This document shows positions 1 to 20,839 of a stretch of DNA of 64,000 bases, one piece after another. Source of the stretch: Botryllus schlosseri (lineage: Eukaryota); contig CM119372.1 of NCBI GenBank assembly GCA_051294905.1, positions 11,906,001-11,970,000 of the forward strand, written 5' to 3'. The translations under genes were made by a program, and so were the position numbers. Numbering within the stretch: position 1 is the stretch's first letter; every line of letters starts with the position of its first letter. The notes beneath the pieces were generated by a model, which ran no database searches, was not told the DNA's origin, and worked only from the letters and a program-made list of their open reading frames with translations.

Positions 1-874
1 TAAGTAGCCTAGGCTTATTACAGATAAAATTATACATTAAATTTACAACTAGGCTATGCTGTACAGGACAAGGATAATGTTTCTATATGCAAGGGTTACG
101 GTCACCGTAGAAGTGAGAAATTGAAGATGATGTGCTAACATTAGAGAACGTGTTCAAGCTTAGCAGATTCTCCAGTTCTATTGAATAACTAGAAAGCGCT
201 GGCAATAAGTAACTTATGGTCGGCATGTGCGTCATTCACTTTCATTACTAGTCGTTTTATGTTATTCGTTCTTTCTTTTCACCCAGTGTGCGATGCACAT
301 TGCTTATGCCCGGGTGGGTGTCTGATTTCAAAGACTTCTCCAATGTTTCGACACCTTGCCATTGTATCGCGGTCTAGTGATGCCATGAAATTATGAAATT
401 ATATTAATAAACTGATACTGATACTTCCCAAAACGAATTTTCGGATCGTAAATGAAATTCCTACAGTTTTCAACTCGCGATGAAGGCTACATACAGAACC
501 GACCGACTTGGATAAGTTGTTTAAGTTCTATTTTGCTCTCTATATGTTGATTTGTTGACCAGCAGCACGCGACCAAGCTTTTTTTCTCACGTGACCGATT
601 TATGATAAGCTCTGTCTCTTCTTTTATGATTCGAAACTCTCGTACACGTCACAAATGGGAGACGACCGGTGGCCGCGATGCCGGGCGCTTGACATTGGCA
701 AACGAGATAATATAAGATAAGTCATTCATGGAAAGGTTATGGAGTTTCAAATATTTCATCGTGACATGGTCAGGAGTTTATGGTACGATCGTAATTGGAA
801 AACTATGATATATATGGACGACTTCAAGAAATAATTAATTTATTGCTTTTTAACAGATAGCACATAATATATTA

Positions 875-7890
<7,016 letters not shown>

Positions 7891-9055
7891 TCTTTTACAT
7901 AATGAAGCGTGTATGGCATTACTCAGTGTCCACTGTCCTGTATCCACTTCACAGTAACTGCATTGGGGAGAAGTGATTGTTTGTGAATTGACCTTGTATT
8001 GCATTATATTAGCGTCTAATTTATAATATACTGCAGGAAAACAGACTCAAGCGGCCAAAGCCATCGCTATATTTTAGTATATGTAGTGCATGCCACATGG
8101 TCTTTTGAAAATAATTAAGCCAATATGACATATTTACACGGTTTTGTGAAAGACTTTTGTTTGATGAGTAGGCCTACTTCATACACGATTTGTTTAAAAT
8201 GCAACCCTAATCGCATCGTAACACCTAAAACATGGTGAGTGTTTGAAGATATAATGTCTATTTTTGTGTTATCAAAAAGCATCCGAATATCATTTCAATT
8301 CCGAAGTTTGCGATTCGCTGGTACCATTCGCCATTTTTTTATTGAAGAAATAAACATATTATCTATAATTACGTTCGCGTGTTAAAAATCGGCCAACCAT
8401 TCAATTTCCAGCAAAGTATCGTCGTCAGCCAAGTGTCAACTGACGATCCATAAAAGGATATCGCGCGAAGCGGATAATATCGGATTGAAAAGTGCCGATT
8501 CCTAATCCCACTGTTTCTTGAATAGCATGGAGGAGACCGCACACGCTTTAAGCCACGATCGTCTGTGTCTTGCCACTCATAGGGGATTACGTCGGTCCGC
8601 ACGATCGCCACAAAGGAGCTAAATCCAATCACTCCGGTTGTAATGCCAACGGCTGTTGACGAGACCCCCCGCAGATAGATGTAGAAAGAAAAATTAATCA
8701 AGTTTTGAAATACTTGGCAGCAAGTGACGCGACGAAGGCCTTTTGTCCGAGATGTCAACACACCCGAGTATCAGCGATAGCAGTCTGCCGACTGCATTTC
8801 AGATATAGTCTACATTGTCCGTATCGATACCTTTACAACCGATGAGTTCATAATAGCAAAAATTCTTTATTCATCATAAAATGATTAGACATATGAACTT
8901 AATATAGATTGGAAATGAACAAGCACACGTCTTAAATCTCTTTCATAGCTTTTTGTAATTATTGGCGTATTTATGTTCTATTTTATCTTTTAATAAATCT
9001 TTACGAATTGGAAATTCATCCAGAATTGGAAATTCATTTGCGACCAATAAATTAC

Positions 9056-10894
9056 TTTTGCAAGATGTCAAATCCCAGTTCTTGACCTAACCAGGACCTC
9101 CCGCGTTGCTGATGTAACAAGAACTCGCTATTATTTTCATAGCACGCGTCTGGATAACTTTTCAGGTCAATAATAAATACCGTCGGTGACAGCCTGTTAG
9201 CAAACGAAGCTACATCCCCGTGATTTACGCCCTTACTATTTCCTGTCAAATACCTTTCCTATGCCTTTGACATGTACAAGTAGATAGAGGGGTGCGTTAA
9301 AAGTCACGGCCCCACAAGACGCCAAAGCGAAAGTGATGTCCCACGGTAGTCTGAACGTGAATGCTCAAATCGCTGTCCATATCAGACAATTACACGGCTA
9401 CGATAAGACGCTCGCGACTAACCCTCTACTAGCGATTGATTTTTGAGGACACCCAAAGGTGATGTAAGCCACTGCATGGTTTTGCCTATAGTTTCAAAGC
9501 TAAAAAAAGAAAGTATTAACTATGTAATTACAATGAAAATGTCGCATAATACTCGTAAGGGATGCTGTCAAAGTATAAAGTAATGATACCCAATACGAAT
9601 ACGTCATTTCCAACATTTCGCTAATAATTTAAAAGCGAAAATTAGTTGAAAATGGGACAGGTTGTTTACCTAAAGCTATACACAAGTTAAAACTATAAGC
9701 ACCAAAATATGTCTCCAACAAAATTAGTGTATTGGGTCATTTCGAGTGGGCAATTAATGTATTATGATTTGTATCTGTAAGCAGACGTATGCCTACTTTG
9801 TTAGCAACCGGATATGTAATGTTTGTTAATAGAGCTTAACTAACAATTAACAATTACCAATAGGAAATCATATAATGTCAATCTCATACTATCACATGGC
9901 ACACGGACTTCCGCTCGAGACTTTAGCACACGCCGATCAGTATATCGACGATAGAAAGCCGCAGCGTCACCACCCAAAATATTCAGAATCGGACGAAAAT
10001 CCGACACAGCGTAAGTTCGATGTAGCTCACGTTCCAAGGAAATTATTTCATTAGCAGGTGCGTTCTTTCTTCGAGACACGTCGTTTATTGTGGTGTATAT
10101 AGGCATTTGGCAGTTACATGTCACAAGAAACTAACACACGGGGCATTTCACAGGTGTGCTGTGATATTAGTCGCCAGATTACGATATTACGCCTCGCGCA
10201 GAATCAAGTTTTCGAAGGATTAAAAGGCTTTTAGTAAACATAAGAAACAGGACCAATCAACAGCGCCACCCACGATGCGACATCACAGCTGGCGGATGTG
10301 TGAAAGTCACTGTAAATGTAACTCGTTGTCAACGATGTCTGGGTCATTGTTGCGTCGGAAACATTGAATATCTAATTAGCTATATATATATAGGCTCACG
10401 CTCAGATATGGCCGGGGAAACATTTCACGTTAAAAGCATAAACAAACATCATGTCTGCACAAAGGTCAAGCGAGAAAGATGAAGTAGAAAAAACATCTCA
10501 ACGCGGTTCTTGAACGGTGTAACCTGGAAGAATAGGGGTTCCCTGAGCCACTCTGAGGGGTTACCATGTAGGTTAAGACACACACTCAACTCATGCATAT
10601 GATTTGTGATGACACATCCGTTTTAGCCATCATTGGTTGCGGATAATTATAGACTCGATCTGTAGTTGTATTGTGACCGTTGACCGTGATACATATACAT
10701 CGTGTGCAGTGTCGTACGTAGGGAGGAAGGTTTTCCAAATTGAACCACCTTATTTCTGAAATGACAATTCTATCTCCGACATTCATAAACTCTTTTGTAA
10801 TTAAGTAGTTGGTATCACGCTGTTGCTGTTGCGTTTCGACAGAACAATAAGGTGACAATTCCCAAGGTGACGTCTCGCACTTCTGAACTGGTAT
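9056..10894 (-). CDS. Unidentified multi-exon gene (partial); exons 10894-10718, 10130-9890, 9485-9423, 9350-9316, 9258-9056
   Basis: Five GT-AG-bounded segments join phase-consistently without stops (IPVQKCETSPW...LPPY-FLVTCNCQ...VPCD-SKTMQWLTSP...-DYRGTSLSLWRL-ERYLTGNSK...DILQ). Two introns are 57 and 72 nt, like the short Gli and Fezf introns. No family recognised. Confidence 0.45.
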
Positions 10895-11982
10895 CTGAAA
10901 GGGAACAGCAGAAGTCACACTAATTCACCATAATGTTTTCGTATTGTGTGAATATTATATTTCAATTATTTTTTTTCTGTTAACACTCTGTTTTTACGTA
11001 TGGTGACATAATAGAGAGTTCATGGTCTACTTTGGACGTGGCCTACGTCACAGCGTTGCAAGTGTTGTACGAAACTATTTATAAGTCGCCGATCATTCGT
11101 ATCGGATAAGTTCTATCTATAATGAACGCTAAGGAGACTTTTAAACTAATTTCGTTAAATCCCGGCATGTAACTTCGCAATCTTCGCCATGCAGATAATT
11201 CAATAGAACCACATATGTATATAAATATCTAATATCAAACAGGCACCATTAAGTTTCCAATGATACATTTAAGTTGCATACATAAATCGTAATTATACAG
11301 TTATAACTGTCCAATACATTTGTTTTGAAGTTTTCTGGTCCTTGAAGTCAAAAAGGTTGAGAACCACTGCATGATCTATAGTGATGTATGTTAGATGCGC
11401 AGTTGGTATTGTGGAGGATATTTGTTTTTATGATTCAGCGAGAATCCGGGTTTCCGCGATGGCTTAGGCTTGGGATTAGATTTGCGTGTAAGTGTTCCCC
11501 CGTCTAGTAAGGCTTAAGAGCCACTGGTCCGCAACGAAAGAGGCACGCACCACTTGTCGTTAATTAATATATTATGGCGACACAACTTTCAGATATTTGC
11601 TGCCGCATGAATGTATGTCTAATATAAAAATGTAATAGCCTATACATCGTCCTAGCTCGGATATCATATGCATTGGCGGGGTGACAGATAATATTCCAGT
11701 TCCAGTAGTATCTTTCAGTCAATATGGTTGATACTTGAATGGCTAAAGATGAGACGAGGTATCCATGCATTTGACAAGCGTTTTACGATCCAACGAAAAA
11801 CATCCAACGAACTGTTATTGGTTGAAATGGAGAAGTTTTCAATTAGTATCATATCAAAATGTTCTGTATTTATCCTATATTTGGAAAATTAAAAATTCAC
11901 CTGCTCTAATAGTATAATCGATGGCAACATTTATTTCCAGCATAATATCTATGCCAGTATATTTAGCAGGCTGTTTTGCGGC

Positions 11983-12008
11983 AGAGAGAGAGAGAGAGAG
12001 AGAGAGAG
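11983..12008. repeat. (AG)n microsatellite
   Basis: About 13 uninterrupted AG units. Confidence 0.95.
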
Positions 12009-14851
12009 GAGGCTTGGTACCATACGATATCGTCGAAGAGGCAGTCATGTCTGTTTATTTATTTATATATGTATTATACACAATATAAATGAAACTATAT
12101 CGTTTATAAATTTATACTAAACAATGATATTGTGTTGAAGTTTCATGCCTTACATATCCTGATTGAAAACGTCCGTGGCATTATTTGAAACCCCTGCATG
12201 GAATATCGCAATAGCAATGACCCTCCCGAGCTATTTCGGTGGGGCATCGAAAAGCTGTTTGCCTTCAATTAGTATTCTGCGTCGGTAAAATTTATTAGTA
12301 TTTCCCACACTTCCAATCCCAAATATAATGTTACTTCTCAACCTAATACCTACCTCATATAAATTGTAGAAATATCACTATGCAATGGCGGATTATGGTC
12401 AGTAAATTAAGCTGTTGATGCGATACGATTGGAATACCGTGATCTTGCGTTATCACGAATCACAATATATCAGGGGTGGCCAACCTGCCGCCGTAGAAGG
12501 AAATTTGGGCGGCCGTGGACATGGACACGTAATTGAATTAGTATGTGTTGACGGCCGTCGACATTGAATTTAAATTTACGAATTGCCTCCCTATTTCTTG
12601 AGAGATTTTAACTGATCTTGAAATTTTCTTCGTGCCATGCGCGATTCAATGTGACTTCATTTTTGGATTTTAATATATAGTAGCGCCCTTTCCAAGGAGC
12701 GCCCACAGTATAGATTCGCCCCAAATTCGCCCCAATCTCGCAATCGTGTGCTCCTCACTATACCGACACTCCTAGAGGGAGGTTAAGAAATAACGGCATG
12801 CAACAAAGTGACTAATACCAATTGGCCCACCCCAAGACGCATCATTGTTTATAACTTGCCCTAAATTTTAGAAAACACCTCCTCCATCAACTTTACCAGT
12901 GAAACACATGAGATAAGAAAGGATAAATGTTTGATAGTAATATATAAAACTACTATGATATTAATGACGAAATTCATTAGTAAAACTGACAAAAGTCAGT
13001 CACGTAACTTAACGACGATGTCACCACTCGCGATTTCGCTCAGTTTACCAACACATCCTCACCGCCAAATGAATTAGGACCTGCTGTACGTTTCGAAGTG
13101 TGTTGATCGTCACACCATATCAACCTAATTAGTTGACGTAATGGTCTTTGGTTTACGGTAAGTTGACAAAGTACCATCTAAAACAGTACAGTAGGGTAAA
13201 AGGTGTAAAATGAAAAATGAGAAGCCCGCAGACAGCGTCACCTCTACGACACAGACTTACAAAAATGAATTTGACTGTGTAAACAATTTTGAAAATTTTT
13301 CACCTAGTGCTTTTTTACAAGCAATATTGACATTTTTGTCAAAAAATATTCGCCGTACTCATTCGCATCATTATTATCATTATCACAAGTGCGGGGAATC
13401 TATACGTTCGACCAAAACGGTATCAGATATAAACGAGTTAATCTCTCGAAAATACCTTAGTGTCATCCCTGCACTCTATACTTTATCACCTTTTGTTTCG
13501 TTTATTCAGGGCAAACAACGCAATGGGGCGTCCATTCTTGTCGCCAGCGCATTGTAATCGTTGAAAATAGCGAAATATTCAATGTTGTTTATTCTACTTT
13601 TGTGCCTGACTTCAGTCGCCGGGTGTCGGGTAAAAAATTCATCTATCCAAGAAGGGATAAGCTCCCTCTGATGCGATGATTTCTCAAGAGATGTCACATA
13701 TCGAGCCTTCTTGCCGGTGGCTGTCAGAATGGGGCCCCAGCGAAGGAGTTTATCGGCAGCTAAATCCGCCAACTGTCAAAGTCTTTTGAATCTGACTGGA
13801 AACCTCCTTCTTTACCGACGTATGGAACGTAATTGCCGATAGGTTGGAAAAACAGGGATCATGAAATTTTAATTGTTGTCTCAACGTTTTGGGATCGCTG
13901 GATTTAATTTATTTTGTTTGCCCGTCAGACTACATACCGTGTAAGTTCGAGCCGCTTATTGTGAAAAAATAAACATATTTGAACGGTCGAGTGATGTGTA
14001 ACAAATACTATCAATTGAAGCATTTTTTAAAATAAAATTGCGTGTCTTTCTTTATTTGTTTATGTATCCAGGCGGGGCAGTTCGGAAAAAAAGGAAGTAG
14101 GCGTTGAAATGACTTGATAAACAGCACTGATATACTTCATACTCGCACTGCAACATTTATAGCGTGAGTTCTAGGTTGAAGGGACATGTACAAGTACACT
14201 TTCATTCGTTTATGAATATTTTCATTCGTTCGAAACATCATAACATTGCGATACAATGAAAAGATAGGAAGGATCAATCAGAATGTCTTGAATTAGTCAA
14301 TCAATAAAACACCCACACCTGGCCTATAAGAGGAAGAAATTTGTAAACTGTTAGACACGCACATGGCACATTTAATGTGAAGTACAAAAGAAAACATAAA
14401 ATGGCGTGCCTATAGTACAGGCAAAAGTGGTATGTCAAATCATGAAGTGGTAATATCAAACGCATAGGCCTACTATAGTATCTATTCATTAAAATCTGAT
14501 TGTAGTTTTGTTATTTGGTTGTGTGCTTGACATTGCACGCTGATTGACGAAATACAGAACTTACCACTTGGAGTGGTGGGCCATTTATAGCCGCAGACCT
14601 GAGCATTTTACGGCCCGCGAAGCGATTCTGACCAGCCAGCGAAAGGTTGCCTGGAATTTGGAACAGAAAACCTCCCCCTGCATTTGAATCAGCAACGGAA
14701 TCATAATAAAGAATATCAATATCAGTCTGGTGTAAAGAACCATTGCAGCCGGAAAAACACAATGAATGCCACAAACCACACTTGTGTACCGTGGTTACGT
14801 AGCTTACGTTCATCATATGTAAATAATGTCGATAGGCCCTATCGGATAAGG

Positions 14852-16003
14852 CAGTGGTTCTTAACCTTGTCTCCAGCGCCTCTCGGGGGGGGGGGGCGAT
14901 TTGGATTTTTAAGGTGGCGAAAACGCTTAGGGGACGAAATGGGGGCGGTGTGGGGGGGGCGCTGAAGAAAATTGGCCTCGCAGCAGAAGGTGTAGTAAGG
15001 ACATATGATTATATAGTAAAACAATACCTCTATATACCCATGTATATGTTCTCATTGCAAACTAACTTTCGACAAAATCTGTCAAATCAAAACGTTTTCC
15101 GTTGCACTCATCGCGAAATATCCACCCACGATATTGCCATGAATGCAGTGGTTTATTTTAATTCATGTAAAATTAATTTGACGTAGTTTTGAATTTCCAA
15201 TTCCTCGTTAAAACACTCCGGTCACCCTATACTTACTCCAAGTCTTTCCGTCACCTTTATATCTTTTCATTGTATCGCAGTTTTGTGGTGTTCTGAAATG
15301 ATGAAAATATTATCGAGCTGATACTTAGCCTATACTGATAGGTCGGGTATTTTCTACAAAATGTTTTGAACTAGATGTTGTATCATGCAGCGCACTACGT
15401 GTCGATATCGCAAAGGCATTGTACTGTACAACTTATGAGAGTGATGCCCTCTGTACATTGAAGATGTTTTGAAGCTATTTGGCCAAAATGAATAACTAAA
15501 TATACTTGTATTTGTGAGCTACAAAATTAAATCCTCGGAATATTTCTTCTTCATAAAGGATGATACGGCTTAGTGTTGTTACCTCCATTCATGTTAAGAG
15601 CTTGGTGCAGTACTTAAATTTAATATGAGCGAATCGCTACCACATTCTCAGTTGATTTAGTAGTTACACGAAGCAATAAAACAAAATCCAGTAGAATTAA
15701 CTTCCCCGTATAGCCAATCGCAAAGGAGAATTAGTGATCAGTACATCGATCTCGATCGAAATGCTATGAGCCCGTAGGCCTTACCCTAGGGTTGTTATAA
15801 CAACCTTGATTTGATCCTGAAAATAGCACATAAATTATACCGTTAATTAGTCGAGTGGTCCAATTGTGAAGTCCCAACCCGAAACCAGACTTCGACCACT
15901 TACGCATTGTTTTTTTCAACCTAAAGTCCTTAAAATAAGGGGGACGCCAGACCCAGGCAATTTTTGAAAAGGGGCGCTGGAGAAAAAAGGTCAAGAACAA
16001 CTA
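14852..16003. mobile_element. Decayed hAT non-autonomous element (cagtggttcttaacc family)
   Basis: TIRs cagtggttcttaacctt...ccagcgcc / ggcgctgg...aaggtcaagaacaacta; both ends homologous to 32826-34725; TSD eroded. Confidence 0.65.
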
Positions 16004-17049
16004 TGATAGTTCATAGTAGGCTATACTATTCTATAACAATTACAGTCATGGGTCATGATTTCTATATAATATAGCTCAAGACTTGTTTGATGCCATTGTT
16101 ACAGTACCGATTACACGGTCGGTACCTCAAAAATTGCTTCGTGATTCGTACCCAAATCCCGAATTTATCAAACCAGCCAATCAATGTACGTGAACAGCAG
16201 TCATAAGCAAGAAGGGTTATGTGGAAAAAGTAAGATGGCGGCTGAAGGCCGACATTTTAAGAATGTTTTAAGCGCTAAATATTTGTTTGTTTTTAGTTTG
16301 TGGTGAACAGGTTGCAGAGTTCAAGGAGTATAATTTGTGTCGGCATTATGACAATTAAGGTACGCAGACACTCGACTAAGACTGAGATCAGGCGAATGTC
16401 GGAAAACCTGCTAGGAGCACTCCGATTGTTCATAACAAAGCCGATTTACGACTTTTGAGGGCGGTTCGGGGGGAGGTCCGGTGCATGTACTTTGTTTATT
16501 TCATGCATAGCCGTGGTGCTTGTCGCCTAGGTCGTGTGCTCCACGACAATGATTTGGTAATGTTCAGTATATTTTGTTTTCGTAATCTTCCGGACGACTT
16601 CCACACGTGCGCGCTTCCAACATCAGTCTCTCTCGTTTTGCGTGCGCCCGGAAATTTATCTTTGCTGTCGACTTTTTTGGTTCGGCTCACCAGGAATCTG
16701 GGCTTTTTGAAACACTGTTATGGCAGTGGGGTTAGCGATGAGAAGCCCAGATAAATCTCTGGCACATAGAAACGTGTAGAGACTCGGATCAACATCCATT
16801 GGTATTGTGACTGTGTCGCTTTTAGCACACTGCGGCACTCGCTGACCCCAGAGTATGTAGGCCTACTGATAAGGATATAATTTCTATTTTCAATTCTGAA
16901 AATTCTGAAAATCAGTACGACAACAGCTTACGTTCAATACAAGCGTTGCCTGCTATAAGATTTATCATATGTGTCTGCGAAGCTAGCCAGAACTTCATAG
17001 CTGCAGCTGGCCGGCCAACCTAAGATATAGCATCCATCGCTATATCTTT

Positions 17050-17990
17050 TAGGGATGGTGTGAACGTGAGGTTCACGTTCGCGTTCTGTGTGTGAACCTC
17101 GGAAATTCAGAGGTTCGCGTTCACAACAGAACCTTGATAGGTTCTGCACTGTGAAGCTTTTTCATATATTACAATTTTCACTTCATTATGACATCTTTAG
17201 TACAAATTTATTGCATTTCAACTGCGAGCCACTCTGTGCATGCCGCTGGCAGCAGAAAAAATCAACACAAAACGAATATGCACCTTGACAATCTCAAAAA
17301 TTTTACTTGATTTGTTACAAAAGTTTGCTCCACATATCCAGCTTCCCGTTTGTGAATATTTAGCGACTCTCTGCTGAGAGCTCGACTCGCAATCACACAA
17401 CATCACGAGCGAAATACACTACATGTAGTCAGCGAATGATGCTTATTCAACCAATCAATCTTGACTTCATATGTTTATTGTATCATAAAAAAACGTGCGA
17501 TTTGGGTGTTGGCTACTGCTGTAAACTTATCAATGGGATAATATAGGTAGCAAGTATAGAAACCCTGTTTTACACTCTGCTCAAAATCAATGTAGCAATA
17601 TTCAGACGCCGAATACACTGTCTGGTGTGGCCAAGACTATTAAGGCGTAAGCATATATTCCATGGCAAGTTCTCATCGAAATTGTTGGCAAAGCGACGGA
17701 TATTATTGATTTTATGGAAGTATTATATCATTTGATTGCCTTAGTTGATACATTCAGCGACGTTTAAAACGCCAATATGCACTTCAGCATTGTGGCATTA
17801 TGCGGCCCGAGTCTTCGCTAGGTATCGTGTACATTTAATATAGGCTATCACTTCATTGAAAGATAGGGTTGGGATTAGCAATATGACGTCACGTGACGTC
17901 ATGAGGTTCACGTTCGTGTTCACACAGAACCTTTCAAAAAGGTTCGCGTTCACACGAACCTGAACCTTTCAGAGGTTCACACCATCCCTA
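17050..17990. mobile_element. hAT MITE family B (tagggatggtgtgaac termini)
   Basis: 16 bp perfect TIR tagggatggtgtgaac / gttcacaccatcccta; subterminal ggttcac/gtgaacc repeats; flanks atatcttt / aatcttt; internal homology to 5714-6725. Confidence 0.85.
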
Positions 17991-20017
17991 AATCTTTTTC
18001 TGGGGATTGTGCATGATTACAAATTTACATTCAAGCGAAATAGCGAGAAACTCACTATTGCCCTCTACTGGTTTTTACATATGACAGCGCAATAACCTCC
18101 GCTTACTTAGCCTACTTAATGCTAATATCTGAGTCCAGTATCAGTTGAAACGATCATTCAATCAATCAATCGTCAGATTATATTTTCAGCTGCCGAAGAC
18201 ACACACACACAATGTACAATTTGATATACAAGACATACAATGCGATGTACTGAACAGATAGTGGGATGCCAAACGATTAATCAGTAGATGGTCTCTTGAA
18301 CTAGCATCCTCCTCGACCTAGTGCCCGATGTCACAGTCATCTTCGATGTCATTCTTTCTTCGCCGGCCCTTTTTAGAAGCTTTTTCTTACTCTTACTCTT
18401 TCTTTATCGGGCCTTTTTGTTTGTCACCGTAAGAACAGCGACACGGGGACGAGGAACCCAGAATGACCTCCGACGGCGTGAATCGAACCTGGGAGGTCCT
18501 ACTTGGATGGCGCCGATGCTTCCCACTACGCTATCTCCCTATTACTCATAACTATCGCAATTTTTTACCTAAAAATGGAATATCAAAATTTTGACTTTTT
18601 TAGCCTGAAAACTTAATTTGGACCTAACGTATGCAAATTAGGTGTTTTCCCACATAATGTTAGAATTTTACTACTTATCTTCATCTTTGGTCCGAACTGT
18701 TTGTCCTTACGACGTATTTCGGCCTGAAAAAACTTTTGGCTCAAAAACCGACAAATTTCCAGTAGTTAGGCTACATCACGTATATTATGGTAGAAATAAT
18801 TTAAATCTGTTGTAGTACAACGAAAGATACTTTCCTACATTCTCGGGTATAGAAAGTGTCTGTCCTTACTAAGTAGCTTGCCAAGAATGGAGAAAGAACG
18901 TTCAACAGTAGCAGTTGTTGAATGATAAGACTCAAGTTGTGCGTGCGTACCCTGCTGCTGACACACCGTGTTTGCTTCATTCTGGCAATATCGTGTCTAC
19001 ATCACAATTTTTCAAAATGCGCTTGTTGATATAAGAACCATACAATGCCCACGCAGTCTTCCTTCAGTTAGGATTTTGCATTACGTTGAGCTAACACCAT
19101 GGCAATCTATTTTTTTTTAATATTTATGATTCGCAATGAGCAGGCAATGGGCCGTCTACAACGGTAGGCCTATAAAGTAGACTACGAGCTGTAAAATGCC
19201 AAATGAGAAGTTCCCCGACAGTGCAAAATCTACGATACAAACGAACTGCAGGTTGTAAAAAAAATTGCGACTTGGTTTACAAGTTTGACAATTTTTGACC
19301 TAACGCTACAATTTTGACCTAATTTTTACTTTTCTTGACATGTCCAAAAAATTGTCCTACTTTTAATTCTTCCTTAGATATCACCTCTTTTTGTCTGAAA
19401 TTATTTCTCCTGCGCTTATAGTGGAACGAACGAGGCTACGTACTCAACAGCAGAAGATCTGCGGTATGATAACGTTGCAAAACGTTTAGTGCCGAGCAGG
19501 GATCCATGGATCCAGGAACATTTCTTGTCCTGAGAACAAAATTCGGAGATTTCCCTATATACAGTATACACAATACATCGTATAAATATTAATGACGAAT
19601 CGTCTCGTAGTGACTGTGTAATTGCGATTACAAGTAATAGGCTCCGCCTCTCCAATTTTTCTTCGGGTTGTTCGATATTGGTACCCTGTTGCTGAAAATC
19701 AAATGAAAAAATAAGAATAATTTGTAAAATAGAGACTAAATGTTAGCGCAATTATGATAGAACGCTGTGCGGTATATATTAATAGTATCGCTTTAGTCCA
19801 TTGGAATGCTTTTGTCTAGAGCAGTGTTTCTTTCTTTCCTAAGCTTTTAAGCTCTCGTACCTCTTGACCTGTCATGAAATGTTTCTCGTACCCCTATCCA
19901 GGATCGTAACAGGAATTTCTGAAGCCGCCTCAAACACATGTCTTGTGTCAACGAAGCGTTTTCAACACAACCACAGGGGATTTCAAGGGAAGTAGACATT
20001 TCAGGGACTGCTATGGC

Positions 20018-20436
20018 TAGGGTTGCATTTAAAACAAATGGTTGTTTAAAACACTTTGTTTAGGATATGTTTTGAACAGTGTTTTAAACAAAGACCTTTG
20101 AAAAAAACAAACTTGTGTTTTTTAAGTTGTGAAATTATGCCATATAGTTGTGTCAATACTTTCCAAAAAACATGTTGTATGAGACGCATAATTACCACCC
20201 GATATAGCCGACGGATATCGATAGGATGTTTGGAACCCTCATAATAGTCGGTTACACAGCTATAGTACAGATATTTCGTCAAAGGAGCCATATTTACATT
20301 ATATTTTCAATTGTCGATGTCAATGCACGATGACGTCACAATTGAATATTCGTGACGTCGTGGCTTTAAAAAACACGTTTAAACTAGGGCCTTGTTTTAA
20401 ACACGTTTGTTTAAAATTTATTTTTGTGCAGCTCTA
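20018..20436. mobile_element. hAT MITE family A
   Basis: tagggttgca / tgcagctcta termini; TSD gctatggc / gctatgga. Confidence 0.8.
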
Positions 20437-20557
20437 GCTATGGATATATCAATATCTAAGATTTCGACAAACGTGCTATGATTTTGGGCGTCTATCGCGG
20501 CCGATCTATTTGGTAATGTAGTTTACTTGGTGGGAGGTGCACCGAAACGTCATAGGT

Positions 20558-20839
20558 TGTTGTTGTTGTGGGTAGTATTCAATATTCATGGTGTCTGTCG
20601 ACTGCTATGGTCATTTACATTAGGCCGGTTTTCATCGATTTTATTCCGTATCTGCCGACTTGTAGCACGGCCCACTTCTATAAGACACTGCTTACACGGA
20701 TGAGAAGGCGAGGAGAAGCCTAGATAAACGTAGGCTACAACACTTAGGTAGGAATTCAGGAGTCGACCTACGCTGGACTCGAACCCGCAACCATTTGGTG
20801 TTGCAGCTCTGGATTACAGCACTACGCTAACTGGCGATC
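20558..20839 (-). mobile_element. tRNA-derived SINE
   Basis: Minus-strand head with A-box-like tagcgtagtg and B box ggttcgagtcc; (caa)n tail; 13 bp TSD aaacgtcataggt / aaacgtcgtaggt at 20545-20557 and 20840-20852; partial paralogue at ~44480-44580. Confidence 0.8.

Noticed and set aside
18460..18535. tRNA-like segment on the minus strand with a B-box-like ggttcgattc
   Set aside because: No convincing cloverleaf; probably another SINE head, but I could not define its ends or TSD.
20760..20839. Possible tRNA gene
   Set aside because: The A/B boxes are followed by a non-tRNA body, a (caa)n tail and a TSD, so it is a SINE head.
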